IMG/VR virus record: IMGVR_UViG_3300046003_002580
Location: 1-58,258 of that record
DNA: 58,258 nucleotides
From: a virus
Lineage: Duplodnaviria > Caudoviricetes
Direction: 5' to 3' (one strand)
Shown piece by piece: positions 1 through 9,464 of this stretch; the stretch's first letter is position 1; each line of letters opens with the position of its first letter. Under the pieces are notes generated by a model. The model saw only the letters and a program-made list of their open reading frames with translations, was not told the DNA's origin and ran no database searches. A program made the translations under genes and the position numbers.

Positions 1-2
1 GC

Positions 3-458
3 TGTGTGTTCAATATGTTACCCACTCGCTTTGAAGAAACAGAAGAGCTACTGACCCGTATACGAAGCAAGTACCCTAGTGTCAGCATAGAGCGTAGAAT
101 GCTGTTTGAAGATCCTGCGGTCAATCATGCACCCATGCAGTACACAGAAAGCCAGCAGGTCAAGCTGGTTAGACAAAGCGGCGATATACGCATCACAGAT
201 AACTCGACGATTAGCTACACAGACTACCCTACTATGATCGCAGATAAATCTAATCGGTTCGAAGGCTTTCAGTGTAGCTCAGGGCAGGAGCAGTTTATAG
301 TAGATGCCTGGGGTAGAGTGGCTCGTGGACACTGTCGTCAGGGTGGGCATTTAGGTAGTATAGGCGGCTCAATCAAATGGCCCACCGAATCTATAACATG
401 CCGTAAACCCAGCTGTGACAATGCCTTTGATATACTGGCTACAAAGATCAGCGGGTGA
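3..458 (+). CDS. Radical SAM protein, C-terminal SPASM/twitch part (5' truncated by the window edge)
   Basis: C-x2-G...G-x-V-x3-HC...LGSI...C-x4-C pattern typical of SPASM/twitch domains; frame open to the window edge. Confidence 0.55.
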   Translation, partial: CVFNMLPTRFEETEELLTRIRSKYPSVSIERRMLFEDPAVNHAPMQYTESQQVKLVRQSGDIRITDNSTISYTDYPTMIADKSNRFEGFQCSSGQEQFIVDAWGRVARGHCRQGGHLGSIGGSIKWPTESITCRKPSCDNAFDILATKISG

Positions 459-1206
459 AGTTATTAAACGAACGCTCTACCATCTTGGTGCGTTCAGCCT
501 TGTTCTTAGCACCTAACACCACAATAATATACTGTTGACCCTCCTGTTCTAGGGCCATTGCCACACACCATCCGGCCTTGCTGGTTAGGCCTGTCTTGCT
601 GAGTACAGCGTTATCATAGGCACCTAATAAGGGACTGTTGGTATTGTTGATCTGTATTTTAACAGGCCGTTTCTTACCAGGCACTTCAATCTCTGTATGC
701 TTGATCACAGTGGTCCTACGCATATAGTCCTGCTTGAGAGCTTCGGTGACTAGAATAGCAATGTCGTGAGCTGAACTTATATTGTTGGGGCTAAGACCAC
801 TTGCATCTTCAAACTGTGTGCTCAACATGCCCATTCTACGAGCCCGTTCGTTCATTTCACGAATAAACTCTTCACGACCCCCGGGGTAGTCTCCTGCTAG
901 TGTTTCTGCCGCTGAGTTGTCACTGCGAACTAGCATAGCAGTCATTAGTTCTCCACGAGTGTAACTGCGAGCAGGCAACACAGTTGACCAGCGTCGATTT
1001 AAGGGAACAGGACGCTCTAAAGCAAAGCCTGTGTCAAGAGCAACAAGGGCAGTCATTAGTTTGGTAATGCTGGCTAGGGCTCGTTGTTCTTGTGTGTTCT
1101 GTGAGATCAGGGCGTGGCCTGTAGTTGTGTTTAACAATAAGAGACTGGGCTCATTTCGAGCCCAGGCTGTGTTCACAACTAATAGAAGTGCTATTAGTAT
1201 TTTCAT
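448..1206 (-). CDS. D-Ala-D-Ala carboxy/endopeptidase, peptidase S11 (PBP7-like)
   Basis: Signal peptide; SxxK (SITK), SxN (SDN) and KTG motifs; DASGL. Confidence 0.9.
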   Translation of the reverse strand: MKILIALLLVVNTAWARNEPSLLLLNTTTGHALISQNTQEQRALASITKLMTALVALDTGFALERPVPLNRRWSTVLPARSYTRGELMTAMLVRSDNSAAETLAGDYPGGREEFIREMNERARRMGMLSTQFEDASGLSPNNISSAHDIAILVTEALKQDYMRRTTVIKHTEIEVPGKKRPVKIQINNTNSPLLGAYDNAVLSKTGLTSKAGWCVAMALEQEGQQYIIVVLGAKNKAERTKMVERSFNNFTR

Positions 1207-1748
1207 CAATTATTTAATGATAATTCCTCAAACTCTCGACGCAGTTCTTCTTCTTGAAGTACACGGCGCAGGAGTTGTTCTACAAACTCGTTCAAGGTAA
1301 GATCCTGTTCGTGTGCCATTTTCATAAGTTCAAACATTTCGTCATTTTCTAGTTCTAATGGTACACTGACACGAGTATCGTAGTCCTCGCCCGCCTTGAT
1401 AGCTAGACACTTTTGAATAAAGTCGTCGTCTGTTTCGAGATCAACATAGTCAACATCGTCCCAGGCCATATCTTTATTGACATCACGCTTGCGAGCTTCC
1501 TTCTTGGCTTTCTTTTGAAAGTCAGGATTGATCATGCGATAGGCGCGATTGTGAACATAGTCATGTGCCTGTACTTCATAGACAGTCTGAGTCTTGGTAT
1601 CGAAGATCACAGTAAAGCTATGGCCATCCTGCTCACCGTTCCATGAGTCCAACATGTGAACATCTTTGCCGTAGCAATTCCAACCAAAGTCACTGCCCTC
1701 AGTAATCTTATAGTCTACAATTTCCATCCATTCTTTTAGGGTAATCAT
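1206..1748 (-). CDS. Hypothetical phage protein, possible C-terminal ribbon-helix-helix
   Basis: Coupled ORF; C-terminal VPLEL...LMKMAHEQDLTLNEFVEQLL. Confidence 0.6.
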   Translation of the reverse strand: MITLKEWMEIVDYKITEGSDFGWNCYGKDVHMLDSWNGEQDGHSFTVIFDTKTQTVYEVQAHDYVHNRAYRMINPDFQKKAKKEARKRDVNKDMAWDDVDYVDLETDDDFIQKCLAIKAGEDYDTRVSVPLELENDEMFELMKMAHEQDLTLNEFVEQLLRRVLQEEELRREFEELSLNN

Positions 1749-1972
1749 TTTGTTTCCTTTTCAAGTTTAGGTGCAATTTTTGCAAGTTCATCATCTGTGG
1801 CATAACGAACAGGAGGATTCAAATTCCAACTATCTGCAGAGAATATTCTAACAGGTTTCCAGTACTTGGATATGATATTGTTGACTGCAACAATGGCCGC
1901 AACAACAACTATAAAGCCTAGGGCTGTTAGAATACTTCCGGCCAAAAATACAGCCGCTTGATCCATGTCCAT
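1745..1972 (-). CDS. Small membrane protein
   Basis: One hydrophobic helix; overlaps the next gene by ATGA. Confidence 0.6.
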   Translation of the reverse strand: MDMDQAAVFLAGSILTALGFIVVVAAIVAVNNIISKYWKPVRIFSADSWNLNPPVRYATDDELAKIAPKLEKETK

Positions 1973-1973
1973 A

Positions 1974-2768
1974 TTATTTGTTCATCATCAAGGCATTGAA
2001 GTTGCTAGGCACCACAATGGTCTGTACCCGGCCGTTCTTGATGCCTTCACTGATGTTCAACATGGCCTGTGCCTGCATAAATGCAATTGAGCTAGAGCTG
2101 TTGTTAGCCAATGCTGCCATACGACGGCTTTCGGCTTCGGCAGTCTTGACTTCAACTTCCTTCTGTTTCAATTCATTCTTGCTTCGAACCAATGCGTTAG
2201 CTGATTCAACGACTGAGTCTGCTGGCACAACATTACGAATCAACACTTGACTAATCATAATAGTACCGTCCAACTTTTCTTCTGCCAAGTTGCGAACGAT
2301 TTCGTCCTGGATGAACTTTTCCATTTCACTACGCTTGTCAGCCATATCCAGTGCTTCGTACTTGCGAGCAGCCTTGTAGATAGCGTTGCGAGCATTTTGA
2401 ACAATGTAGTTGTACATCACATAGGTATCACCTTTGAAGTCAGCGTGGAAGGCCTTGTTCTTAGTTGAATACAGTTCCGCCACCTGTTGTGGATTGATGT
2501 TATAGACAACCACAGCATCAAAGTCTTTCATTGTGCTATTGTCAGCGGCCACTGGAGTCATATCGTTCAGGGGAACATTGACATCCTTGATAGGAAATGT
2601 AAGCACATCACCGATTAGGGTTTGATTGAATGAGCCAGGCAAGAGTTCACCTGACTGAACCTGCTTGTCAAAACCAACTCGCACACCGACTTCGCCGGTT
2701 TCAATACGAGTACAACCTGTTGCCAACACGGCAGCAGCCAAAATAGAGAGAGTGAAAATACGCTTCAT
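1974..2768 (-). CDS. SPFH/band 7 (prohibitin-like) lipoprotein
   Basis: Lipobox ATGC, RIETGEVGVRV motif, C-terminal coiled coil (AEAE). Confidence 0.85.
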   Translation of the reverse strand: MKRIFTLSILAAAVLATGCTRIETGEVGVRVGFDKQVQSGELLPGSFNQTLIGDVLTFPIKDVNVPLNDMTPVAADNSTMKDFDAVVVYNINPQQVAELYSTKNKAFHADFKGDTYVMYNYIVQNARNAIYKAARKYEALDMADKRSEMEKFIQDEIVRNLAEEKLDGTIMISQVLIRNVVPADSVVESANALVRSKNELKQKEVEVKTAEAESRRMAALANNSSSSIAFMQAQAMLNISEGIKNGRVQTIVVPSNFNALMMNK

Positions 2769-2777
2769 TGTGTGCCT

Positions 2778-2954
2778 TTAAAATAAAATAACGATAATGG
2801 TCATTACTAGAACAGCTAGTAATGCAACAAGTATACTATAGAACGCTGTCTTTGTCAATGACCACTGTTCTTTTCTTTCCATCTTTCGCCAAACAGTAAT
2901 GCCAAAGTGAATCAGGATGGCAAAGATGGCAAATGCTAACCAAAGTCTAATCAT
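2778..2954 (-). CDS. Small two-helix membrane protein
   Basis: Hydrophobic; directly upstream of the SPFH gene. Confidence 0.6.
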   Translation of the reverse strand: MIRLWLAFAIFAILIHFGITVWRKMERKEQWSLTKTAFYSILVALLAVLVMTIIVILF

Positions 2955-3187
2955 AATTTCTCTCCGCAATGTGGACACAGTTTGGTATTGGCATTACGCA
3001 TTTCTTTCAGTGTGCGGTTTAGTTTACGAGCATCAGCAGTAATCCTGCGTATAGATTTACGATCTCTATCGTGTTTGGCTTTGCCCAGCTCTTCTTTAAG
3101 GTGTATCTTCATTTTATTCAAACGACCTTCAAAGATTTCAATAAAGCCCGTTATGCCCGGGCTTTTGTCTAAGGGTGTACCACTCAT
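2951..3187 (-). CDS. Hypothetical protein with C-terminal CPHCG knuckle
   Basis: Coupled ORF in the operon. Confidence 0.55.
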   Translation of the reverse strand: MSGTPLDKSPGITGFIEIFEGRLNKMKIHLKEELGKAKHDRDRKSIRRITADARKLNRTLKEMRNANTKLCPHCGEKL

Positions 3188-3408
3188 ATTACTTTGCCCA
3201 ATCCTAACCAAATTAACTGTTCAAGTTCTGTTTGGTAGTCCCTGCCTTGTCGACGCTTGAGCCAAATGGTTTCTAGAATCTCTTTGCCATCGCCGTAGTC
3301 TGTGGCACCCGCTCCACGGCTTTCCAATTCTTCAATGAGGTCATCAGTTTCGAAGTCTGACAGATCAACATCAACTTCAACTTCTGTGTAAATTGTCTTA
3401 AACATCAT
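3184..3408 (-). CDS. Hypothetical acidic phage protein
   Basis: EVEVDVDLSDFETDDLIEELESRG; SD GAAAGGA upstream. Confidence 0.65.
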   Translation of the reverse strand: MMFKTIYTEVEVDVDLSDFETDDLIEELESRGAGATDYGDGKEILETIWLKRRQGRDYQTELEQLIWLGLGKVI

Positions 3409-3784
3409 GTTCCTTTCGTGCTTTACTATAATTAAACCAACCCAACACTTCTGCCGCAGGTCGCTTGGGTTCTTGAATAACCTTTGTGAGGTGCTCTTTC
3501 ATAATGCGTTTGAGATAGGGATACACCGGGCCATCGCAGACCTTTAGATCCCATGCTCTAGTGTTAAACGCATTACTATAATACAGTCTAGCATAGTCTT
3601 GTTCAAGAGCTGTTTTCATCTCAGGCGTAGGATAAATGCCCGAAGCATACTCCATTGCCATGCACAGAGCCATCTTGTGTGGTATCACAACACCATTCCA
3701 ATAGACAAGATACTCATCACACTTTTCAATATACAGTATGACTGGTTTAGGATCCAATAGGCTCCACGATTGTTCTGCTCTCAT
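3398..3784 (-). CDS. Hypothetical protein
   Basis: ORF coupled in the operon, SD AGGAG. Confidence 0.55.
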   Translation of the reverse strand: MRAEQSWSLLDPKPVILYIEKCDEYLVYWNGVVIPHKMALCMAMEYASGIYPTPEMKTALEQDYARLYYSNAFNTRAWDLKVCDGPVYPYLKRIMKEHLTKVIQEPKRPAAEVLGWFNYSKARKEHDV

Positions 3785-4101
3785 CAATAACTCCTAACTC
3801 GTTCTGGATGGTCGTGAATAAAACTGCTGTGCATATTATGAAATTGATCAAAGGTCTTGAGCCGGTCAGGATCAAAAGGCAATTGATAAGTGCTCAACCA
3901 AGTTTTGATTATGCTAATGCTTTGCTCAATGTTAAAGACCTGCATGACTGTTTCAAAGTGCTGATCTGCAACTTTAAACATGGCCTTGTAGCGTAGTCTT
4001 TTACCACTGTTGAGAACTGTCAACATCTCTTGGCCTGCACGATGAGCATAGTCTTCTGGACCTTTAAGCAACAACATAAGTCGCTGTTCTTCAGAAAGCA
4101 T
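3784..4101 (-). CDS. Hypothetical protein
   Basis: ORF coupled in the operon, SD GAGGA. Confidence 0.55.
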   Translation of the reverse strand: MLSEEQRLMLLLKGPEDYAHRAGQEMLTVLNSGKRLRYKAMFKVADQHFETVMQVFNIEQSISIIKTWLSTYQLPFDPDRLKTFDQFHNMHSSFIHDHPERVRSY

Positions 4102-4765
4102 TGTTGTAGTCCTCATCTAGGGCGAACTCCCATTTGGCTACGGGATTGTTCTGCACAGCTTCTAGCAGGCCTCCCACAGGACGATAGCCGTAGGTCCAAT
4201 ACTTGACCACACGCTTGAGAGCATCTGGAGTCAAGGGCAGTTTCATACGCAGATTTCGTTCGCGGATGTCTCGGGCAGTTTGTTTGCCTAGTACCCAATT
4301 GTTGCCACAGGTGCCAATCTCACAGACTGTCATATCAAAGTTACTGATAACATCTTCTAGGCTAGTAAAGTATCTACGCTTGATCACCTGTATGGTCCAG
4401 GTCTTAGAGCTGTCGTTCTTACTCCAATAACTGAGTGTAGTTGCGTTCTCGCTTTCATATCTGCGAGACCAACGGCCAAACTCTTTGATGCGTTCAATAA
4501 CAACTTCAGCCTGCGCCTGATTGGCACAGAACACATCGATGTCACTTTCACCCACAGGCTGACCCTGCCACCATCGCAAGGGCGCACCTCCAGCAATCCA
4601 CGGACCTCGTTCAATGTCAGGCCAGATCAATGTAATAGGTTCGCTGTCTGCACGATGTACCGTGGGAAAGTCCACAACATCCACAGGCTGGTCATAGTTC
4701 GCAGTCTTTGTTTGAACAGTAAACTCTCCAAACAGTTCTTCAAGGGTGCTGAGTACATTAGGCAT
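4091..4765 (-). CDS. Nucleotidyltransferase, poly(A) polymerase/CCA-adding head-domain-like
   Basis: WIAGGA...SDIDVF...FDMTVC motifs of the pol-beta class II NTase head. Confidence 0.7.
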   Translation of the reverse strand: MPNVLSTLEELFGEFTVQTKTANYDQPVDVVDFPTVHRADSEPITLIWPDIERGPWIAGGAPLRWWQGQPVGESDIDVFCANQAQAEVVIERIKEFGRWSRRYESENATTLSYWSKNDSSKTWTIQVIKRRYFTSLEDVISNFDMTVCEIGTCGNNWVLGKQTARDIRERNLRMKLPLTPDALKRVVKYWTYGYRPVGGLLEAVQNNPVAKWEFALDEDYNNAF

Positions 4766-5214
4766 TAGCTGATCCTTCCATTTTTAATTGCTTTAAGTAG
4801 AGCATAAAGTTCTTTACTGTTCTCGGGGCAGATACGAGCAGTGATACCCCAATCGATATGCACTGCGACATCTTGCAGTGTCTTGGCCTTGAATCTTTTG
4901 TCCTTGCCAGAGATAGCAACATCCCAGGCAAACACCTGTCGATCCCAATAGCTTTGATGCCGCTTGCCTGGTTTGGCTTTACGGCATTCATAGACTCGGC
5001 CTGAGCTGTCAATGATGCGCCAACCCTTGTCCACCTTGGTCCAAGTCTTGTCGGCGGTAGCTTCTGCAATGTCAGACTTAAACTCGCGTTCCTTTTCCAA
5101 GGCCACAAGTCGGTTAGAGATCTGGGTCATGTCACGGGTAGTAAGACCCATAAGTTGACATTGTACAAGAATTCGTTCTTGTTTGTCGGATAGTTTTGCT
5201 CGTTCTCTTGCCAT
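4765..5214 (-). CDS. Hypothetical protein
   Basis: ORF coupled in the operon. Confidence 0.6.
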   Translation of the reverse strand: MARERAKLSDKQERILVQCQLMGLTTRDMTQISNRLVALEKEREFKSDIAEATADKTWTKVDKGWRIIDSSGRVYECRKAKPGKRHQSYWDRQVFAWDVAISGKDKRFKAKTLQDVAVHIDWGITARICPENSKELYALLKAIKNGRIS

Positions 5215-5222
5215 AGTACTTC

Positions 5223-5618
5223 TCAATATAACATAGGTTCTGCGGTGGATTGACCTTGTAAGGCCAGCATAATTTCTTGTTGTTCAGAATAGACTAGATT
5301 GTAGTCTTCCAATATGGTTCTACGAACATCCGCAGGCAGACTGCACCAAACTTCAACATTGTTATAGCTACCGTGACTTTCACGAGGAGCATGATCTAGT
5401 ATCCATCCGCCTAGACTCTTACAGGCATTGATGGTATTACTAGGATGACTGCGGGCGATTGCGCTGTGAAAGTCGTTGGCTAACACAGAGGTAAAGAAGC
5501 TGCCGGGATTGAATCCGTGTACCAAATAGTTGTACATGGGATCAGCAAAGTCTTTGGGCACATCCCATTTAGCAAATGTGGCCAGCAATAGATTACGGCT
5601 GTAGTCGGTCAGTTTCAT
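5223..5618 (-). CDS. Hypothetical phage protein
   Basis: YLVHGFNPGSFFTSVLANDF...P..SHGS motif. Confidence 0.65.
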   Translation of the reverse strand: MKLTDYSRNLLLATFAKWDVPKDFADPMYNYLVHGFNPGSFFTSVLANDFHSAIARSHPSNTINACKSLGGWILDHAPRESHGSYNNVEVWCSLPADVRRTILEDYNLVYSEQQEIMLALQGQSTAEPMLY

Positions 5619-5901
5619 TGTTCTTTCTTTCTGCTAATTCTCTTTTACATTGATCAATGGCCCTGTCAAGCATAAGCATTGAAATTTCTTTTGGATCAAT
5701 GCCAAAGTGTTGTAGAATTATTTCACGACCTTGTCCACGACTGATCATATCACGCAACATAGGATTTAATGCTATACAACATTCTCGAATAACGGCCTCA
5801 GCAAATCTTTGTTCAAACTCTTCGTCTGAAGCATAGCGTGTGGTGTTGTCAACTGTGATTAATCTAGCTTCTTCGACAAGCATTTTAATTCGTTCGTTCA
5901 T
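5593..5901 (-). CDS. MNERI-family mini-protein
   Basis: MNERI...FAEAVIREC...QHFG, paralogous to neighbours. Confidence 0.65.
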   Translation of the reverse strand: MNERIKMLVEEARLITVDNTTRYASDEEFEQRFAEAVIRECCIALNPMLRDMISRGQGREIILQHFGIDPKEISMLMLDRAIDQCKRELAERKNNETDRLQP

Positions 5902-6134
5902 TCTTCAACTCCGAAATATCTATTAACGCTATCTTGTATCTGTTTTGCTATTTGTTTCCACCCATCTTTAGCATTCTGAGCAATCCAATACTGTCTCCAA
6001 TCATTGGTTAACTCATGAGCATAGCCTCTAGCCATACTTGAACCTTCCGGCGGAGTCCATGTCCCACTCCACATAGGAATGGCGCGATCTGCCTTCCATA
6101 GAAATTCGTGTGAGTTACAATCAGTCGTCATCAT
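5898..6134 (-). CDS. Hypothetical mini-protein ending in FGVEE
   Basis: ATGA-coupled on both sides. Confidence 0.55.
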   Translation of the reverse strand: MMTTDCNSHEFLWKADRAIPMWSGTWTPPEGSSMARGYAHELTNDWRQYWIAQNAKDGWKQIAKQIQDSVNRYFGVEE

Positions 6135-6340
6135 TCAACTCCGAAATATTTTTTGATAGCATTCATATGATAGTCTTCGTTGTAGCCACCGACATTTTTT
6201 ACGGCCTGGATACATTCCTTAACAATCAACTCAGCGAACTTTTCAGGATCATCAATGGTATACTCGGGCCAAGTGTGCTGATTGCCGCTATTGTATTGAC
6301 CTCCAGCCTGTGTCCAAAGTTGTCGAATTCGTTCGTTCAT
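6131..6340 (-). CDS. MNERI-family mini-protein
   Basis: MNERI...EKFAELIVKEC...KYFGVE. Confidence 0.7.
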   Translation of the reverse strand: MNERIRQLWTQAGGQYNSGNQHTWPEYTIDDPEKFAELIVKECIQAVKNVGGYNEDYHMNAIKKYFGVE

Positions 6341-6546
6341 ACCAGATCCTTTAACACTTGTGCAAATGAGTATGCTCGACCTGTAGTATAGACAATGTTA
6401 AAACTATCATTCTCAATGTAATACTTGTTCCGGTTGCAATTTACATACTCGCCTTTATCGTCGGTATATACTTGTCGCATCTGTGTAAAGGTACTATCCA
6501 CAACACCGTCAAGCATAACTCGGGTGGTAATTTTACGCTTGTTCAT
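6337..6546 (-). CDS. Hypothetical mini-protein
   Basis: ATGA-coupled on both sides. Confidence 0.55.
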   Translation of the reverse strand: MNKRKITTRVMLDGVVDSTFTQMRQVYTDDKGEYVNCNRNKYYIENDSFNIVYTTGRAYSFAQVLKDLV

Positions 6547-6743
6547 TCTTCAACTCCGAAATGTTGTTTAATCTGTTCACCAATCATACGACCAGTCCAA
6601 GCAGGATGTTCTTCACAAGTCACTAACATTTCCCTAACAATCAACTGGGCGAACTTTTTGCAAAATTCATCAGGAATGTTCCAAGGACCAGAGGGCATGT
6701 CTTCAACAGCCTTATCAGCAAGTTCTAGAATTCGTTCGTTCAT
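6543..6743 (-). CDS. MNERI-family mini-protein
   Basis: MNERI...KFAQLIVRE...QHFGVEE. Confidence 0.7.
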   Translation of the reverse strand: MNERILELADKAVEDMPSGPWNIPDEFCKKFAQLIVREMLVTCEEHPAWTGRMIGEQIKQHFGVEE

Positions 6744-7090
6744 ACAATTACTGGCCTTTCAGTTGCACGGTCGTCGTGAACTTTGTAGCTGTGATTTTTG
6801 CGAACCCAATCAGCAAACGATTGTGGATGTTCAGTGAACCAGGATTTGATATCTTTTTTGGTAATATCTTCTTCGCTGGTAAACACATAGATTTCGTAAT
6901 GCCGATGGGCATTGAATTGAGCACGAAGCTTCAGTGATTGGATACTAAAGCTCATAGGTTTTTCAACCTTCTTGCTTTGTTTGATAGAATCAAATAAATG
7001 GCCTTTGGCCCAATTGTCAGGATGGTGTTCTGTGATTTCTTCAAAGAACTCTACACCATTCATGTCCCAACTTACGATGTAATAACGCAT
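6740..7090 (-). CDS. Hypothetical phage protein
   Basis: SD AGGAG; first gene after a sigma70 promoter. Confidence 0.65.
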   Translation of the reverse strand: MRYYIVSWDMNGVEFFEEITEHHPDNWAKGHLFDSIKQSKKVEKPMSFSIQSLKLRAQFNAHRHYEIYVFTSEEDITKKDIKSWFTEHPQSFADWVRKNHSYKVHDDRATERPVIV

Positions 7091-7119
7091 GTCTGCTCCT
7101 AGTGTGTCTGTGTACTACA

Positions 7120-7148
7120 ATTATAACACCGAATTAGCAAAAGGTCAA
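7120..7148 (-). promoter_or_regulatory. sigma70-type early promoter TTGACC-17-TATAAT
   Basis: Near-consensus hexamers with a 17-nt spacer. Confidence 0.8.
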
Positions 7149-7393
7149 GTCTCTGCGTGTTCTTCCGGCTCTTTGGCTGCTTCCAATATACGGATCAATT
7201 GATCCACTCCACCGTTGGTCATGGTCAATGTGGTGTAACCCATACGGAGAGTAATCATCCCGTCCTCTGTCTTGCCAATTTGGTAGACAGGAGCCTTTTC
7301 CATTGTGCTAGGAATTGGTGCTACATATCGTTCTTCAGCTGTTTGCATAAGTTCCTTGGCTGTGCGTCGACGAAAAAAATCAAAATCAAACAT
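7145..7393 (-). CDS. Hypothetical protein
   Basis: ORF in the operon. Confidence 0.6.
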   Translation of the reverse strand: MFDFDFFRRRTAKELMQTAEERYVAPIPSTMEKAPVYQIGKTEDGMITLRMGYTTLTMTNGGVDQLIRILEAAKEPEEHAET

Positions 7394-7394
7394 G

Positions 7395-7658
7395 TTATTC
7401 CCTACTCAATCTAGACCAAACTAAAAACTCTTTGAAAGCATTGTAGACTGTGGCAGCTTCCTTGTCATCTACAGGAATCTTTTCGCCTCGAACATAGAAG
7501 CCATCTTCGGCAACACGAAGCATCTCTGTGCCGCCGGTGATCATTGTGATGTTGTTTGGCTCGGCACCAACATCAAAGGTAAAGTTTGGCTCATCTGGTA
7601 GTTCAACTGCCCACCGATTCATTACATCCTGCAAGGGTTGAAAGTTATAACTACTCAT
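7395..7658 (-). CDS. Hypothetical protein
   Basis: ATG coupled to the upstream stop; EMLRVAEDGFYVRG. Confidence 0.55.
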   Translation of the reverse strand: MSSYNFQPLQDVMNRWAVELPDEPNFTFDVGAEPNNITMITGGTEMLRVAEDGFYVRGEKIPVDDKEAATVYNAFKEFLVWSRLSRE

Positions 7659-7882
7659 TGTGCTAATCCTGAAATAAGAACTTCTCGTTCGTGCATGTAA
7701 GCCACGGGCTTGAGCCAACCATTGTTGATACATTCTGCAATGACCTGTTTGTATTGTGCGGGACATTGATTGCCAACCTCAAAACCTGCTCTAGGAGTAG
7801 ACATAAAGCCGTCAATGATATGGAACCCTGGATGGTCTTGTTTGATAGTCTTGACTCGACTGTTGTGCATCTCTAACATCAT
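7655..7882 (-). CDS. Hypothetical protein
   Basis: Coupled ORF. Confidence 0.6.
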   Translation of the reverse strand: MMLEMHNSRVKTIKQDHPGFHIIDGFMSTPRAGFEVGNQCPAQYKQVIAECINNGWLKPVAYMHEREVLISGLAQ

Positions 7883-8142
7883 TTGTGACTGTCCTTGATA
7901 TTGGTAAAGAGTTCTTGTTTTTCCGTTTTGTATTTGGTCCAGCTGGCTTTAACTTGATCCCAAACACACCATTTGCCACACCAGATGAACAGCGCAATCA
8001 TAGGGATAGCAACTAGATATGCGTCATAGGGGTTGGGTGCAAACACACCAGCACCTGCAAAGAACGCACCTATGATGAAACCTTTTTGCCAGATTTCCCA
8101 TTTGCGCCATTGCCAAACAATAAAGTTCACAACTTCTTTCAC
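7879..8142 (-). CDS. Small membrane protein
   Basis: Two hydrophobic segments; GTG start overlapping the ligase stop. Confidence 0.6.
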   Translation of the reverse strand: MKEVVNFIVWQWRKWEIWQKGFIIGAFFAGAGVFAPNPYDAYLVAIPMIALFIWCGKWCVWDQVKASWTKYKTEKQELFTNIKDSHK

Positions 8143-9464
8143 AGTTTCTCTCCTCGAGCAAAGCCACGGAAGTTTTTGAATCGTGGAAAGCGCAATGACC
8201 AAACATCGTCGCTGTCTTGACTCTTGGTTGCCGCATCAGCACGGACTTCGATAACTTGTCCAATCATGGATTCTTTGTCTACCCAAAACTCGCCTCGTTG
8301 ATCATCACTAAAGCCACTGCCAACATTGACCACAATGCGTTTGCCGTCGTCGACGCCTTCGCAAACCAGTGCGCCTAGCTTGCCCACATTGCGGCCTGTG
8401 CCTTCTTCAACATCTGTAACAGTCAATGACACTTCAATAAAGGGCTTGATCTTGAGCCAGCTGGTTGAACGCTTACATTCGTATTTGGCATCAACATCCT
8501 TGACCATGATACCTTCTTTGCCAGCATCGAGGCAGGCCTTGTTGAAGTCCTGGAACACAATGGTACCATCAAATGTGTCAAGGTCAACTTCTGTGTGTGG
8601 CACAATGGTAATGCAACCTGCATCAGCAAAGATGTTTTCCCAGTTACGCAGGAAGTTCATGCGTCGGCGTTGTCCCAACACACTCTTGCCCTGCTTGAAC
8701 TCTACCATAGGCAGCACATCAAACAGATGCAGTACTGCATCATCACTTTGTACATCACTCTTGCGGTGTACCTGTGTCATCAACGATTGGAAACTGGAGC
8801 TCATGATCTCACCGTCAAACACATAGCTACGACCAATCTCGTCCATGTGATCGGCAAACACTTTGGTTACATGCGGAAAGTTGTTGAGCTCTTTGCCGTT
8901 GCGTGTGTACATCTGTACAGTACGACTTTCGTAGTCCACAACTGTGAGCACACGAACACCGTCCAGCTTTTCTTGCAGGATCTTCTTGCCTGTAATCTTT
9001 GTGTCGTGATTAGCGCCATCATGTGCCAACATACATTCAAATACAGGCACAGCATATTCTGGCTTCTTGGCTTTCTTGGCCACTGTGTTTACACTCTTCT
9101 CACCAAAGCCTGCTCGCATATCTTTAATAAGAATGCGACGATACCAATCGTTCCATTGTGCCTTTGTGGCCACACCCATAGCCAGTTCAATGGCATCACG
9201 AGCATCGTGTCCTGTTAGTGTGCGGCGATACAGAGCATCAGCTAGTTCAAGGAAGGGAGCCCAAGCAAGACCTTGACCTTCATCTAGTTCTTTAATGGGC
9301 ACCTGTTTAACACCAAAGCTCACAAGTTTGTCCAAACCTAAACGAAGTCCATGAAAAAACTCGTCTAGGCCTTCTTCCATTGCTTCTGCAAGTATGGCTT
9401 CTTTAGCCAAACGACTGTTGTCTGCTTCGAGACGCTGAATAATAACTTCTGGTTGTGTACGCAC
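8139..9464 (-). CDS. ATP-dependent DNA ligase
   Basis: KLDGVR adenylation motif, FDGEI, EGIMVK, WLKIK, OB domain SLRFPRF. Confidence 0.95.
   Translation of the reverse strand: MRTQPEVIIQRLEADNSRLAKEAILAEAMEEGLDEFFHGLRLGLDKLVSFGVKQVPIKELDEGQGLAWAPFLELADALYRRTLTGHDARDAIELAMGVATKAQWNDWYRRILIKDMRAGFGEKSVNTVAKKAKKPEYAVPVFECMLAHDGANHDTKITGKKILQEKLDGVRVLTVVDYESRTVQMYTRNGKELNNFPHVTKVFADHMDEIGRSYVFDGEIMSSSFQSLMTQVHRKSDVQSDDAVLHLFDVLPMVEFKQGKSVLGQRRRMNFLRNWENIFADAGCITIVPHTEVDLDTFDGTIVFQDFNKACLDAGKEGIMVKDVDAKYECKRSTSWLKIKPFIEVSLTVTDVEEGTGRNVGKLGALVCEGVDDGKRIVVNVGSGFSDDQRGEFWVDKESMIGQVIEVRADAATKSQDSDDVWSLRFPRFKNFRGFARGEKL

Larger units (their letters stand above)
5887..6745 (-). repeat. Dispersed gene-junction repeat ATTTCGGAGTTGAAGAATGAACGAACGAATT (full copy ~5887-5917; partial copies ~6131-6149, 6325-6342, 6541-6562, 6728-6745)
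   Basis: Read directly from the sequence at five successive gene boundaries. Confidence 0.85.

Noticed and set aside
5887-6745. CRISPR array
   Set aside because: Repeats are partial, ~200 nt apart and lie at coding-gene junctions; no cas genes
8326-9276. Long + strand ORFs opposite the ligase (and similar shadows over nrdA, dnaK, fecR)
   Set aside because: Antisense shadows of well-supported genes, with no RBS or motifs
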